DNA of 62,695 nucleotides. Source: Blastocystis sp. subtype 4. Taxonomy: Eukaryota. The position numbers and the translations under genes were made by a program. Below the pieces are notes generated by a model that did no database searches, was not told the DNA's origin, and was given only the letters and a program-made list of their open reading frames with translations. Location: positions 1-62,695 of the forward strand of contig NW_014569522.1 of the NCBI RefSeq assembly GCF_000743755.1, given 5' to 3'. Below, in pieces: positions 1-15,192 of the stretch. The number at the start of each line of letters is the position of its first letter. The first letter of the stretch is position 1.

Positions 1-265
1 ACTATCATCAATTCCACTTCATTCTCATTCTCTTTCACTTCTATCACTTCTTCTCCTCTCTTACATACTCCTCTCATTTCTTCTTTATCAACATTCAAAA
101 TCAACATACAATTCTTATTATCATTCAATACACTCTCTTTCAAGTACTCTTTCCACTTCATTCTCCATTCTACTCCATTCAACTTCTTTGATGTTGATTC
201 ATCATTATCTACTCTCATATTCTTATTATCAATCAAGAAATCAATATGATCTTCAATCAGATCAT
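1..265 (-). CDS. Partial E/K/N-rich open frame running off the left edge (hypothetical protein fragment or pseudogene)
   Basis: Minus frame IEDHIDFLIDNKNMRVDND...EVKENENEVELMI is open to position 1. An in-frame TGA lies just upstream and there is no clear start. Confidence 0.35.
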
Positions 266-461
266 GTCATGAATATCAGTTGTATTAGTAGCATCCATTT
301 TCTGCATATTTGAAATGATATATTACTAGGAGATTATCATGTGATTGATATAGTTGTTTTGTAAGCAAAGTCTTAAGAATAAATCCTAGTGTCTTATGTG
401 TGTTATCTTAGAGTCTTTCTAATGATATTCTTGGACCCACAGATTGATAGTAACAAACAAT

Positions 462-2326
<1,865 letters not shown>

Positions 2327-2485
2327 TTGCATTATGATTTATTGAATGAAATAATCCTTTCATCATGATGTAAGAGGAGTGTGTATTTTCAAATTGCTAT
2401 TAATTTATCGAAGCATAGTCGGGGGATCAACATTCAATTGGCATGTCAATTATGAAAAAGACATCGAGTAAACAATAAATGAAAA

Positions 2486-2558
2486 GGGGGTGTAGCTCAG
2501 ATGGTAGAGCGCTCGCTTAGCATGCGAGAGGTAAGGGGATCGATGCCCCTCTCCTCCA
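2486..2558 (+). tRNA. tRNA-Ala (anticodon AGC)
   Basis: GGGGGTGTAGCTCAGATGGTAGAGC... with anticodon arm CTCGC-TTAGCAT-GCGAG, G3:U70 alanine identity pair and a downstream T-run (Pol III terminator). Confidence 0.96.
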
Positions 2559-2581
2559 ATCTTTTCTTTTCAACAAACATG

Positions 2582-4504
2582 CTAACTTGCATTATTCCCT
2601 CCTTGTTCATACCCCAAATTATACGCATAGTCCTTTAATGTCTCTGCTTTGGTAATATAACCCATCTTCTTCACACAATCAGATAACAAATGGAAACAAT
2701 CAGCACGCCTAGGATTCCGAGTTGTACTAAAGATAATTCTTCCACTTATAACTCACAAATCATTCAACATTCGTTCTAACACTTGATAATTGCCAGAACC
2801 ATCTAATGCCTTGAATGTTGACAATAGTAATAGTTCACGATCTCGAAGTTCACCTCCCATCTCACCAAATCGTGGTAATAGCGTAAACAAAGTATCTGCT
2901 GCTTTAACGTAATTCTCCTATTACTCAAGGTTTGTTTGAATTTGTACATTGTTCAATTGAATGATTGCATCAATGGATGATTGGATCATGGTATTGTCAC
3001 TAATTGCATCCATTCTATCATCTCCTTGCACGTGACACCACTTAATCTTAGTTTCTGGTAAGTCAAGTTGCTTCCATAATTCATCACATTCCCGTTTTCG
3101 CTCATCGGAAAGAAGATTCCTCATTTTCTCATCTTCTCCAGTAACTGAAAACAGAATACCTCTATGGAAATAGTCCATTGGCGTTAACAATTGTTTGTGA
3201 GTACAGTCAAGAAGTTTCGAAACTCGATTCCAACGATCTCCCATTCCTTCTCCCGCTAATTCACAACGATAAAGAACATTCACATAATCATTCACATGAT
3301 CTGAACTTATCAAATCCTGATTCGTACTCCATCCATCCTGAGATTCTCCCTTCATCATATCCTCTTCACGAAGTAATGTTTCATCCAACTGTCCTATCGC
3401 ATATTCTGTTTGTTTTACCTGCAAATACAGTGACCATATGTGTGACTTCAAATGATGCTCTAGTATCGAGCCCTGATGATAATCCACATTCTCATTGGTC
3501 CAATCTCCTTGAGTTTCACGTAAAAAGCGAAGACTCTCACGGGTTCTACCCTAAGTGTGATTCTCCATTCTCATTCACTCACTTGTGTTTCCATTACCTG
3601 AGAAACAGAATGAATTGATCGAATATCCGATGGGTTTCCAGAAAGAGAATGCATTCCTGCCGATTCTGCATCCCTTCAATCAAGACCTCTTTTCACTCTT
3701 ACTCATAAAAGCCAAGGTCTAGCAATGTCTGTGCACGATATCCAGGCATTAGATTATCACATGCAACTGCAATCCCCCAATACGACCATGTTCGACTAAT
3801 GGATCCATACTACATAACGAATACAATAATCAAATGTACCATGCCTTGACTATCTCCAATCATGGGATACAGATATGAAAGAATGTGAATTGCAAGGACA
3901 TCAGTTGGATCATTCATTAGAATCGCCTCAAGAGTGTTAATTGCATAGCGAATACGATTACAACGAAGTGAAGCAATAACTCGACTGTATAAATGTTCAT
4001 TCTTCGTGAAGTCCTTTTCTATCCATGAAACTACATAAAAATACACACGATTGGGATCCTGAGATAATGCATCCTGAATACGCTGATAATATTCATCTAC
4101 ATTGCCGATTCCTGAAAGAATAGACACAATTGCTCCCAGTACATTTGCCATGACAAATTCAGGATGATCCTTCAAATACTACACGTTTTATACCTCACTT
4201 CTTCACTGTACAGGATCAATCGTTTCAAATGGGTACCGAAACAGAGAAATAGTCTACAGTAAAGCCAATAATCGGTGTTGTACATTAGTCAATGCAGTAT
4301 CGTAGATTTTCAATTCCTCGTTCGAATGAGCAGTAATTAGCGTGTTACACACTTTTGATGCTCTTCGTGTAGTTGGAATCGACTTATCTCGTAAAAACCT
4401 ATACATGGTGTTTCCACAAAAGAACAGTACTCAAACAGTTCTCGCTTAAAGTAGAATCGATTTACAACAGATCTTTGTAAAAGAAACCGAGATGTGCGAA
4501 ACAT
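2582..4504 (-). CDS. TTC38-like tetratricopeptide repeat protein, possible organellar targeting peptide
   Basis: LEAILMNDPTDVLAIH, HLKSHIW and the C-terminal FGEMGGELRDRELL resemble TTC38; Arg-rich N-terminus MFRTSRFLLQRS; TAG at 2582-2584. Confidence 0.65.
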
Positions 4505-4602
4505 GAAAAAGATATGACTTCTATTTCTGTTGGTCTGTATAGGTCAAGTTGAAGATGGAGCGAGTTCTTTCAATTAGTCAATATGGTTTCCATTAATATA
4601 CT

Positions 4603-6362
4603 ATGAGGCTGGTTCTCATTGTTTTTACTCTCGTAGTCACATCCGTTGTTCATGTTCTGTTTGTGGAACTAAGCCGAATACTGGTGCGACAAAGTGACAG
4701 TCATGTGACTTCTATGACTGCTGAATTTGGTACCTCAACCATCATGGCACCTGGCCCAGTCTTTCTTTCTTGGGATATGATGGTTTCGGAGCGAAATGAA
4801 GCCAGCTGCTGTGCTACTCATATCGGTAGTGATGATCTGATGGCGGAGCGCTTTGGAGTAATAACTGATTGCCTTGATGTCGTGTCACCTTCTTTTGGGA
4901 TAGTTCCTTTGTATCATTTTTTGGATCCTATGCCATCTTTATTAGGATCTCTTCAATCTGAGGAGGAAAGCGAGCTTCGTTTAGATGCGAATGTTGATTG
5001 GGAGGAAAAGTTTGATCATTTCATATCCCATGTAAAAGAGAATTATACTACAAACGGTAATTCGTTTGTTGATCTCCTTCCAGATCTCATGTGAGTGTTC
5101 ATTCATTTCGTGATGTCTGTAGACAATACACATCATACAAATTGTATATTATTCCATCCATGAATACTCCGTATGTTGTTGCGAAGAATCTCTGTTATGA
5201 TAACAGGAAACGCAGTTTCATCTTTTTCCGTCCAGAGGAGTATAGTTTCTCATTTCGTTCATATGCATCGGCCTGTTCTCTTTCCTGCCCCTCTTCATCA
5301 TGTAGATTTCCGTTGGGGCTGGAGTTACAAGGTGGTTAAGGGCTCTATTCCATCCACAGCGACATGGGTTAACGAATCCTCCGTTTTTATCGGTTCTCCA
5401 TTTTTAACTCATCACATCACTCATTTCTCAGAATCAGTGAACCAGCTACTTATCAAATTACGGTATCCCTCCTTGTATCCGCCTGTTGCTGCTGTCTTCT
5501 TACCCAAGTTTGATCTTCTTCATGAATTTGAATGGTCTGTTTCCTACGTTAAGCTCCTGATGTCAGTCTTTCCTCATCCTATTCGATTTCTCACGAAAGA
5601 TCGAGAACATGATATGCTCTGTTTCAAATCGGCGGTATTTTTGGAATTCATTTATTAATGATTAGGTTATGATGGATCGAATGGCCTTTCATAATGAAGG
5701 AGGTGTGTTTGGAGGGTTTTTCTCGCAAGATACAATGCGAAGCCTTGCCTACAAATACAGTAACATTCATGCCAATTTAGATCGATGTAATGGGGGATCC
5801 CACAATTTACTCATCGTGAAGAGAAGGAATAGCCGAAGATGGGTGAGGGAGATGATGTATGAAAAAATGATTAAGCGCACTTGGGGTAATGTAATAACTG
5901 GATTATTCAGTTATTAGTAGAAACTGAATGTCAGCAGCTCTTACTTCGATAAAATGTCTCTTAGCCAACAGGTTCGTTTGATGTATAATACAGATATCAT
6001 ATTGTCGGGTCATGGATCCGCATTGGCTAATGCAATGTTTGCTCGTCCTCATTCTGCATTGATTGAATGTCATCCTCCGTACTTTTATGAGATGTGCTTT
6101 GCAAATATTGCATTCATTTCGCGTCTCTTTTATGTGGCTGTTAACAATTATGATAAGAAGATACTAATAAACAGTCATTATCCTCCTGCAGAAGTCTTAT
6201 ATGAGAGAGGAAGCTTTTATAGTAAGAGAAGATCGTTTGCAGCTGGTCAAATCTACCCTAATCCACTATTAGTGAAAAGTGCCATTCAAATGGCTGTTGA
6301 TTATGTAGAAAGGAAGCAATGTGTAACATGTACAAATGATTATTGGTCCCAAGTCTATTACT
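4603..6362 (+). CDS. Glycosyltransferase family 61-like (DUF563) membrane/secreted protein; stop predicted to be made by polyadenylation
   Basis: N-terminal hydrophobic anchor; THHITHF, MSLSQQVRLMYNTDIILSGHGSALANAMF; TGTTTGTT at 6367-6374. Confidence 0.75.
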
Positions 6363-6388
6363 CAAATGTTTGTTTGAACAAGAGTGGA

Positions 6389-7295
6389 AAACGACTACTT
6401 CAACCTCCATTACTTGGGGAGATAACACAAGGCTCAGAGGCTTTGATAACAGGTTCTTCTCCTTTCCAGTAGATTTTACATCACATAGAATTTGCACATC
6501 TTCTTTGGAGGTCTCTTGAAGCTCAATATGGATTGGGAGATATCCTGACTGGTGGATTTGATAAAAGCGGTCTGGATTGAAAAGTTCGCGGATGGTACAA
6601 TTCACATCAAGCAAACCCGATTCGAGAACCTCTGATTCGTTTCTATACACAAGTTCTAAACCCTTTCCAGTAATATCAAGCGTTGAACGCAATTCTAATG
6701 AAGAATCTATGGGAACAACAAGATACAATTAATACATCGCAATACAAATGATGAACTCATAAAAGAGGAATAATATACAGTTTCATTGGCAAGATCGGTA
6801 ACACGACAGAACAATCGAGAATCTTGGCCTGGAACAACATCTATTTGGATTTCTTGACAGTAATCACGATTGCTATGATAATAGAAGCGATTCCTTTCTG
6901 ATTCGTTCCATTCAAGATCCTTTTCATCCGCATCGGCTCTTCCAGTAATGCAAACTACTTTGGTGGGGTGATTTGCATGATAAGAAAACCCCACGATTGA
7001 TGAAGAGAGGAGAGTCACATTTGTAATAGAAAAATCAAATGGTGTCTTCTCTATAACATTAAAAAGAATAAGAACAATCGTACCAAAAGGATTCGTTGTG
7101 TATTGGCCTCGAATCCGTTGAAGAGTTATCGAAATGATATTGCCGCCACGACCATCACATGGACTAATAAAATTTAGAATCTAAAGTAGTGAAGGACACA
7201 TCGAATTGTACAGCCACAAGAATCAATAAACTCAACAGTGATTTGAAACTCGTATATCGTAGTGTAGATGGATGTTCTTTCATAACGAAACCCAT
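6389..7295 (-). CDS. Hypothetical protein with N-terminal hydrophobic segment
   Basis: ORFs 6707..7018 and 6258..6728 are joined by short introns. The 3' end is inferred from a weak motif variant (CTCTTGTT). Confidence 0.55.
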
Positions 7296-7430
7296 GTTTC
7301 CAACCAAGAAAATGACTATCGAATCATCGTTTTCTTTGAATTTTTGTTATTTTATGTGTACAGGAGTAGATTAGATATCTTGTCATTTGACAAGTGACAT
7401 GAACGATTCAAAAACGAAAAACCAGTAAGA

Positions 7431-8890
7431 ATGAAGCGAGGAGTTGCTATGATCACGGAATTCTTTTTTCCAAGATGCGGAGGAGTGGAAATGCACGTTA
7501 TGTCTTTGTGTAAAGCTTTATTGAAGTATGGTTATCACGTATTTTGGTCTCACTCTGGACTAATATGCAGGTGATTGTTATAACACGATATGATGTGAAT
7601 CACTTAGGATACGAGTTGTATGATAATATCTTGCCAGTATATTATCTTCCATTGGAGAATATGACAATGGGTACCATTTTCCCTTACTATTTTATTTGGA
7701 TGCCACTTCTTCGAAAAGTAGGGTAAGACGGAGTGAATAATTCTAGATCCTTTTGAAAGAACATATTGATATCGTTCATTATCATCAGTGTACTAGTGTG
7801 ATGTTCCATACTTCTGTTCGTCAGTGTGAACTTATGAATCTTCATACTGTTTATACAGACCATAGTCTAATGAATTTGGATGATGTATCTGGAATTCTCA
7901 TTAACAAGGTTCTACAGTGTTATTCTTGCAATTTGGATGCATTTATTTGTGTCTCTCATGCAAATTGTGTGAACTTTCTTCAGCGACAACACTACCAAAC
8001 AAAACCTAATAATGTGTACATTATACCAAATGCAGTGGATTCAAAGCCATTTCTTAAGGATTATTCCTCTCATTCTCTTGTACAAAATGTCATTAACCAA
8101 TTTCGTCAGCCTTTTGATAATTCTATTACTGTTATCGTTCTTGCTCGATTAGTCTATCGAAAGGGAGTCTTTCTGTTAGAACAGGTCATTGATCGAATTC
8201 TATCAGAATATCCCAACGTGAACTTTTTGATTGGAGGTAGTGGAGATCAAGAAGTGATTATTCAAAGCCAGGCAATTCGTTGGAATGAACGTTGTAATCG
8301 AACCAGAATTCTGATGTTAGGAGAGATCAGTCACGAGAATGTTCCTGCTTTTTTTGTACGATTTGTTTCTTTCTCTGAGAACTAGTCTTGTGGTGACATC
8401 TTCCTTTCCTGTTCATTAACCGAATCTTTCAATATCACTCTATTGGAAGCATTTGTGTATCTTTATTGACCTGAAATGATTCATAGTTCCGGATGCAAGA
8501 TTGTATCCACCAATGTTGGAGGGATTCCCGAATTGTTGCCAATGAATTACGGATATTTTGTGGATCCTTCCGTTGAGGCATTGGTGGAAGCTTTGAGGAA
8601 ATGTCTGATTGATTGTGTCGATTCGAAGGTTGTTCATCCATTACGACGAACTGAATCTGTGAATGATATATTGTCTGTATATGATTGGAATACTGTTTGT
8701 TTGCGGTTGATGTGTGTCTATGATCAAGTGATGAAGATCCCGAAAAAAACATATTGGGATCAGATTAAAGGATTTTGGAATCAGGGAATTGGGTCGTTTT
8801 TCGTTTTGTTGGCTGAATGGTTAGTATTGGTATTTATAAATCTTCTTTTGAATATCCTCGACTTTGTTGGTTCAGATCACCATTATTGGT
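7431..8890 (+). CDS. PIGA: GPI-GlcNAc transferase catalytic subunit PIG-A/GPI3
   Basis: MITEFFFPRCGGVEMH, TVYTDHSL, IPNAVD, RLVYRKG, SLTESF, VSTNVGGIPELLP and a C-terminal TM segment; TATTTGTT at 8895. Confidence 0.92.
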
Positions 8891-8986
8891 TGATTATTTG
8901 TTTCGGAAACAAAACACATTTCCTTTAATAACTCACTTTTCCTTTAACAACTCTATTTCTTTGTTCTTGCAGATAGTATTTCTGTA

Positions 8987-10117
8987 ATGAACAAGGATGC
9001 ATCTCCTTCCTCTACGTCTTCTCGTTTCGTTTCTCGTATTCGTTTATCTTCATAGGTGAATCTAGATCTTCGAGGCACAGCTCGAAAGAAGACGTAAGGG
9101 TTTCTATTGTCTTTTATTCTAGTCCTATCATATTCCCTGCCAGCCAACGTCGAAAGTACATTCTCTAGATAGTATTTTGTAATGAATGGTTGGCATCTAG
9201 TTAGATCCATATATTGATCAAACTATAAACTTCAATGCAGCTTCTTCAGTACAGAAAATAGCTCCCAGACCTAGTAAGTGAAAGAATTCTCATTACTTAT
9301 GACTAGCTGTGTCATTTCTTCCATTCCCTTACTGTGGTGTTACTTATCAACCTGCACAATGTTTTCCATATATGGTCATTTGTTTTCGATATACTCTCAT
9401 GTGTAGTCATCTCAAGTTCCTATTGTTGCAACCCCTATTCTTGTCTCTCCGTCATCAAGGAAACGGCCTTATCCACAACCATCAACCCCATCTCAAGAAG
9501 ATACGTCTTTGCACACGTTTATGTTATATCTTCGACAGCAATACGCATTTTGCCCTCGTTGGTGGTATCTCTTTCGGTTTGTAATCAACCGGATCCAACA
9601 ATCCAAGAATCCTTCTGGATATCTGAATGTGTTACGATTACTGCTAGCGGGACATCGGAAAGAACGGAAGCTATTGGCGAGTTACCTGCATATCAAATAT
9701 GATGAACCTAAAGATACATCGTTTGACAAATGTTTTGACAAATCGAAGCATAATGCCTACCTTCATTTGCTGCTGAATGTATGTGACGAGTTCTTATCCT
9801 TGGGTGTTGCTCAATTTGAAAGCACTCGTCTGATACAGCATTCGAATTCTCCAGTCGTTGAAAAGGATGATGAAGAGCTTTATCAACGGGTAAAAGCATC
9901 AAAGGAACATAACCTTGAGTTACTGGATGGGTTTATGAAAGTTTTTACAGAAAAGCAGAGAGAACGTGTTGCACGGGTGTTGGATTACTATTCTGATCAG
10001 TATCGAACCTATGGATATGTAGATTATTTGGAGGTTTTTGAAACCATCTATTCTACGATCTTTAATGTACCAACTGCTGTGGAAGCCTTTCGAAAGATCA
10101 TGGATTCTGGGTCATGA
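8987..10117 (+). CDS. Hypothetical protein (S/P-rich N-terminus, helical C-terminal region)
   Basis: GT-AG introns link ATG 8987 in frame to ORF 9509..10117. Confidence 0.65.
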
Positions 10118-10585
10118 GTCGTGTTTAAGGCAAACATGTTAACAAAACCACACTATACAATGTCAGGTACGAGTTTCATCACAATTCCAAATAAACTGCA
10201 ACAACAGCACTGATATCCTGAATTCACAATCTAGCGAGCAAATGGAGGAGATAGGAACACTCTCTCCCTATTCCGCATACACTCGCATAAATTCACAATC
10301 GTCCAATTACCTACATGAAAAATCTCAAAAAAGGAGTATCCCTGAAGAAAGAAATGATAGACGATTTGTGTGGAATGCATGTCGTGAATAGTAATTGACA
10401 TATATCTGAGATTCTCTTAGCAGAAGCCTTCAATAGTTTATCCATCATTGGTACTGGATTCTATAGTCAATATCTATCTATTCAATAGATAATTGGGAGA
10501 AGTAGTTAATTACACAAGGATTCTAAATACTATAATATATTATAGTTGAGAACCATTTATTTCCATTCCTGCTGACTCATTCTTT

Positions 10586-11578
10586 ATGTCACTCGCTGAT
10601 ACACTTGTCCTTGAATTAGGACAATCTGTCATTCGATATGGATATAATCACACTCCTGAACCTTATGGATGTTTTCAATCGGATGTGACTTCTAATTGCC
10701 CTTTCTCATTTGTAGTCAATAAGTGAACTGTTGCTAGGGTCAGGAGATGATTTCCAACAACGAATTCTTGTTTTCTGGAAGCAAGTTCTAATCCAGTTGG
10801 GTTATTTTATCGGAATGAGCAATAGATCATTTACAGTATCTCTTACAGAAAAAAAGGTTGTATTGCTGTATCCTTATTCAACCTCCACCAAGTTTGTGAA
10901 TTCAACGATTGACGTTTTATACACTTTGTTACAAGTATAACTTTAATACAATCTTTATTGGTAGGTTGGTGATATTCACCTGATTCCGCAGTATTCTCTC
11001 CCACTGTTAGTTACAGGTAAAGCAAGTGGATTCGTTGTTGAGTGGAACCCGAAAGGGATTCAAATCATTCCTACTGCTTTTGGAGTGACCGATCTCTTTC
11101 ACTCCGTCTGTAGTTATTGACATTTCTTTCAATAGTAGATATTCCATCGACTGGTGATACCTTCCTTCACAGTAATGAAGATTCAAGGTATTTATCTCTA
11201 GATTCGGAAGGACTGTCTACTCTGACGTATTCTCTCTTGACCTTGCTTCTTCAGCTGCCCGTAGACGTATTGATTCCTTGTGCTTCGACAATTCTTCTCT
11301 GTGGTGAATGCAATTGGAGCCAGGAAATTATCCAATCTCTTCAAGAAACGATACAAATTATGTCTACAAGCAATTCAAAGTTCTCGAGATTGCATGAAGT
11401 CATCAAACATATTCAATTCGTAAATGGTGGGAGATTAGCTATTTGGAAGGGCTATTGCGTCCACACGATAGCGAATCTCAAAGATACACAAATATCCAAA
11501 GTCGATTGGATGAAAGGAAAACGGTGGAGTTGGGATTGTTTATTTATTGAAAATGATTGCTTTGGGAAAATGACGTAG
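10586..11578 (+). CDS. Divergent actin-related protein (Arp10/ACTR10-like)
   Basis: N-terminal TLVLELGQSVIRYGY actin-fold motif, LVTGKASGFVVEW, AIWKG. The true end may be 11532 (TG + polyA before TGTTTATT). Confidence 0.6.
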
Positions 11579-11643
11579 AATGCATAACATCCTCAATCTC
11601 AATAACGATGTATTCCTTGAATTAACTGTTTTGTAAACACAAT

Positions 11644-12530
11644 TCACTGTGATTTCTTCGTACTGTTCAAAGCTTTCACTCGTTTCTTTGCACTTGGTGG
11701 CATCTTTTCCACAGCATATCGAACTGCTTCCTTAATAACTTCATCCTGATGTGAATTCAAAAAGTCAATAACAAGGTCCAAGTGATGAACACTCACATCA
11801 CGAAGAATCCAACCGATTCCCAATTGAGTGAAACGGAATGAATTGGATACCTCACTGCAGAATCACTACCTAAAACAACTTATACCATTTACAAATATCC
11901 ATAATGAGATCCGTGTGTAAATCACGTCGAGCAAAGTACAAGAACGAAACGCATGCTGCTCGTTGTCTCCATGATGTTGATGATTTCCATGATTCCACAA
12001 TCTACTTCTTAGAGTATCATGAAGGAATGACAGGAATGATATCTGCATTTGCTACCATAGCTTTGGTAACAAAATGACAGGATAAGCCATCACATGTAGC
12101 CCATTCAAATACGTATTTATCAATCACCGGTTCCAACAGCTTTATATCTTCAACACGTATTTTCTTCACAATCTTTTCCAAACAGCTGATACCTTCCGAT
12201 TTTACATCGAACATCTCGTCACGAAGCAGTTCAAATCCAAGATCACGCATTTGCTCATCCGAATAATCCCTATCCAGTTACAAACAAAACGAGTACATAC
12301 TTTAGATGTTCCTGGTAGATTTCTTTGAAGATTTGCTTACGTTGAGGTTGAAGCACACCATAACATGAAATCACCCAAAAATGATAAAAACCAAATCAGC
12401 GAGATACCTTTAAATACCGATCTTGTTGTCTCTTTTGTTCTGCAGTTCCCGCGTCTTTCAACTTTTGCTTCAAAAGAGCTATAACCTATTTCTAACCCAA
12501 AACTCATATCAAGACAGGACTAAAATTCAT
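11644..12530 (-). CDS. AlkD-like DNA alkylation repair enzyme (HEAT-like repeat glycosylase family)
   Basis: RYLK..ISCYGVLQPQRKQI, FEWATCDGL, FTQLGIGWILRDVS, AVRYAVEKM match the DNA alkylation repair family pattern. Confidence 0.78.
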
Positions 12531-12626
12531 AATTGTATTTGAATAAGTACTAAACTGGTGCACTCGCACTGGACAATAAGATGAAACTCCCATCTAAAGA
12601 TCAGTAAACAGAAAAAAACTGATAAA

Positions 12627-15146
12627 ATGCAATACGTACCATTGAAGAAAGGATTCCAAGTTGATATTGCGGGACCAATTACGAAGTATCTGAAGAAGTC
12701 TCAAAGAAATGTAAGGTATCGGTTTCGTGGAATAAGGTATAGAAAGTCGATCCTGCTGCTATCGCTTCTCTAGAAAAAGTTCAGAAGCAACGAAATGCTG
12801 TGATCAGCATAACTGAGTACAAAGGAACGAACAATATTCCCGATTTGAAGTGTTATCTAAGTTATTTGGAACAATTGGAGAAGCTTTTCCCACTTACGAA
12901 CGACAAAGTGAATAAACGGACTTGCAATAATAATTAGATTATCAACATCCCTTTTGTGTGGGCAGATTCATTCAGCAAAAAGAAATACACTGTATCCAGT
13001 ATTATCTATGAGAAAGCAGCTGTCATGTTCAACATCGCTGCTTTGTACACGCAAGCAGCATTTGAAGCATATAATGTAGATATTGGATGGGTACCTAATC
13101 GTAGACAGAAGATATGACCGAAGAACGAATTCAATTATGTATTGAATCGCTCCGTTCTGCTGGTTTGTATTTTAGTGAGCTGAGCAAACAGTATTCTAGT
13201 CGTCTGAAGACTACAAAGTGCTCAGAGGATCTATCAGCTCCAGTTCTGAAGACGGTAGATTTGATGAAGAGATATGATTGGTTAGTTGAAGGATGTATGT
13301 ATTGCTCAGGGACAACATATGTTCTACATCAAGGCTACAATTCGTCAACTTACTCCAAATGCTCTTCTTGCGTTACTGAAGGTTGCTAGCGATGATTACT
13401 ATGATATACTCGAAGAATCGAAGGAATGTTCCAGATATTTCCCTTCTGGACTAATTAAGCATTTCGAGGTAAGAATGATCACACAAGGTGAGATGTAGTT
13501 GCAATCATCTCTTACTGCTATATGTACTTTCCATTTCTATGGAGAAGTGCTTCTCAATGATCCTGAGAAGAACTCTGGATCATTATATTGTCTTGCTGAT
13601 GCTATTGAAGTACTTTTGGGCAATATGGCGTAATTGGGTTAGGCTGCCGAAACTGCCACAAAGAAGTTAATGACGACATTCCATTTGGAGCGTCATGATG
13701 AGATTCAAGCGAAGCAAGTATTTGATATGATCAAGGATGACCGTAGAAAGTTCTTCGCCCAATATCGTATTTATGTAAAGATTCCCGCAGTTGAGTTCAG
13801 TTATAGGGAGGAATTGTACCAAAGGAGTTACAGCTTCCAGCTGGTGTTAACAAAATGACATTAGTTGGAATGAGAATGGGCACTCATATCATAGGCTGAG
13901 GATCTCCAGTTGACAGAAGTACCACTGAGTTTCCCTGCGGTAGAGGCAAGTCCTGCTTTGAAGCATGTACTAACAATCTATGGTCAAGAGAGAACAAAAC
14001 GTCAGGAGGCAATGAATAAGCTGGTAAGTGAAGCTACACAGCAACTCTCGAGTCTGATGTGTGAGTATTTGCTTCCTGATATTGTGATGAATGGAATGAT
14101 GAGGTAATGATTAGTTGACTGCTGAAGGATTCTCATCTGGTCTGCCTAAGTCGATGGAAGCGAAGATTCGTGATATTCAACTGAAGGGAAGTGCAAGGAA
14201 GGTATTGGAGATGAGCAATATTGCTGAGAGCAAGTATTTGGATGTGGAGGGTATGTGGTGAGTATGAGTGAGTGTGATTGTGACTGAATGAAATGAGAGT
14301 GTGATTGAATAGAGAGATGATGTATCCCGACTGTGAGTGGAGTAATTGTGATGACTGAATTGTACACTAATCAATTGAACCCATTCTAACCTTCAGAACT
14401 GTTTAATACCATCAAGACACAAGTGAGACCAAATACTGATGAAGCTGAGATGATGGATTGGATAAATGGACTGTTGCCTACCTTCCAAACTCAGTTGAAA
14501 TCTTTGAAGGAAGATACAACACTTATGAATAACAAACCAATCATTTTTGAGGAACCAACGTAACTCCTTTCATGTCATGATATCAGAATTAGTTCGAAGT
14601 TGAGTCAAAGTTTACCTCAGTGCCCCAACTATCCACGAAATCAAGAAACAATTGGAATTCGAAACGCCAGTGATCGAGCTTCGAAACTCCTGCAGCAGCG
14701 AAAAGAATTATTGCAATCGTTGATGCTAAACCAAGAGGGAGAAATGATTCTTCGAGGCAAGGTTCAAGGAACTACCAATGCGTTGAATGTGAAGGTGAGC
14801 TTGAATGAATGGAACTAATTGGTAGACTATTGTATATGAGGCCATGCAACCAATGGAGAGAGCATGCAAGGCCATTCGTGACAATGTGGAACAACAATCA
14901 ACTGTGGAGGCTGAATTGAAGGTAAGAGAATGATTGCATCTTGAGTGATAGAGAGAATATGCTCGTTGGAATAATAGTCGTGTTATTACACCTGAAATGG
15001 CAAGGAGAGAAGAAGCGTTAAGAGATGTGAATAATTATTTGAATATTTTTGAACGAGCTGAAGAAATGGGCGTGTTATTGTGTGCTGTTATTCTTGTACT
15101 TGAAGAGACATTAGAAGAAGTCAAAACATCTCTTGGAATTCAGTGA
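12627..15146 (+). CDS. BRO1-domain / ALIX-like ESCRT accessory protein
   Basis: MQYVPLKK, IPFVWADSF, YEKAAVMFNIAALYTQAA, CIAQGQHMFYIKA, followed by a helical V-domain-like region; TGA at 15144-15146. Confidence 0.85.
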
Positions 15147-15192
15147 TATGTTTGTTCCAAATCATCATATTCAATCATAACAAACAAACTCA

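Noticed and set aside
1..300. CT-rich low-complexity start as a telomeric repeat
   Set aside because: No regular repeat unit; better explained as an E/K/N-rich frame on the minus strand.
2486..2558. U6:U67 mismatch in the tRNA-Ala acceptor stem as a sign of pseudogene or editing
   Set aside because: It is a single mismatch; the other arms, identity pair and terminator are intact.
8953..9210. 85-aa minus-strand ORF as a separate gene
   Set aside because: The + strand splices cleanly from ATG 8987 through this region into ORF 9509..10117.
10130..10585. Possible small minus-strand gene or ncRNA in an unusually long spacer
   Set aside because: Short open frames exist, but I could not build a consistent splice model or recognise an RNA family.
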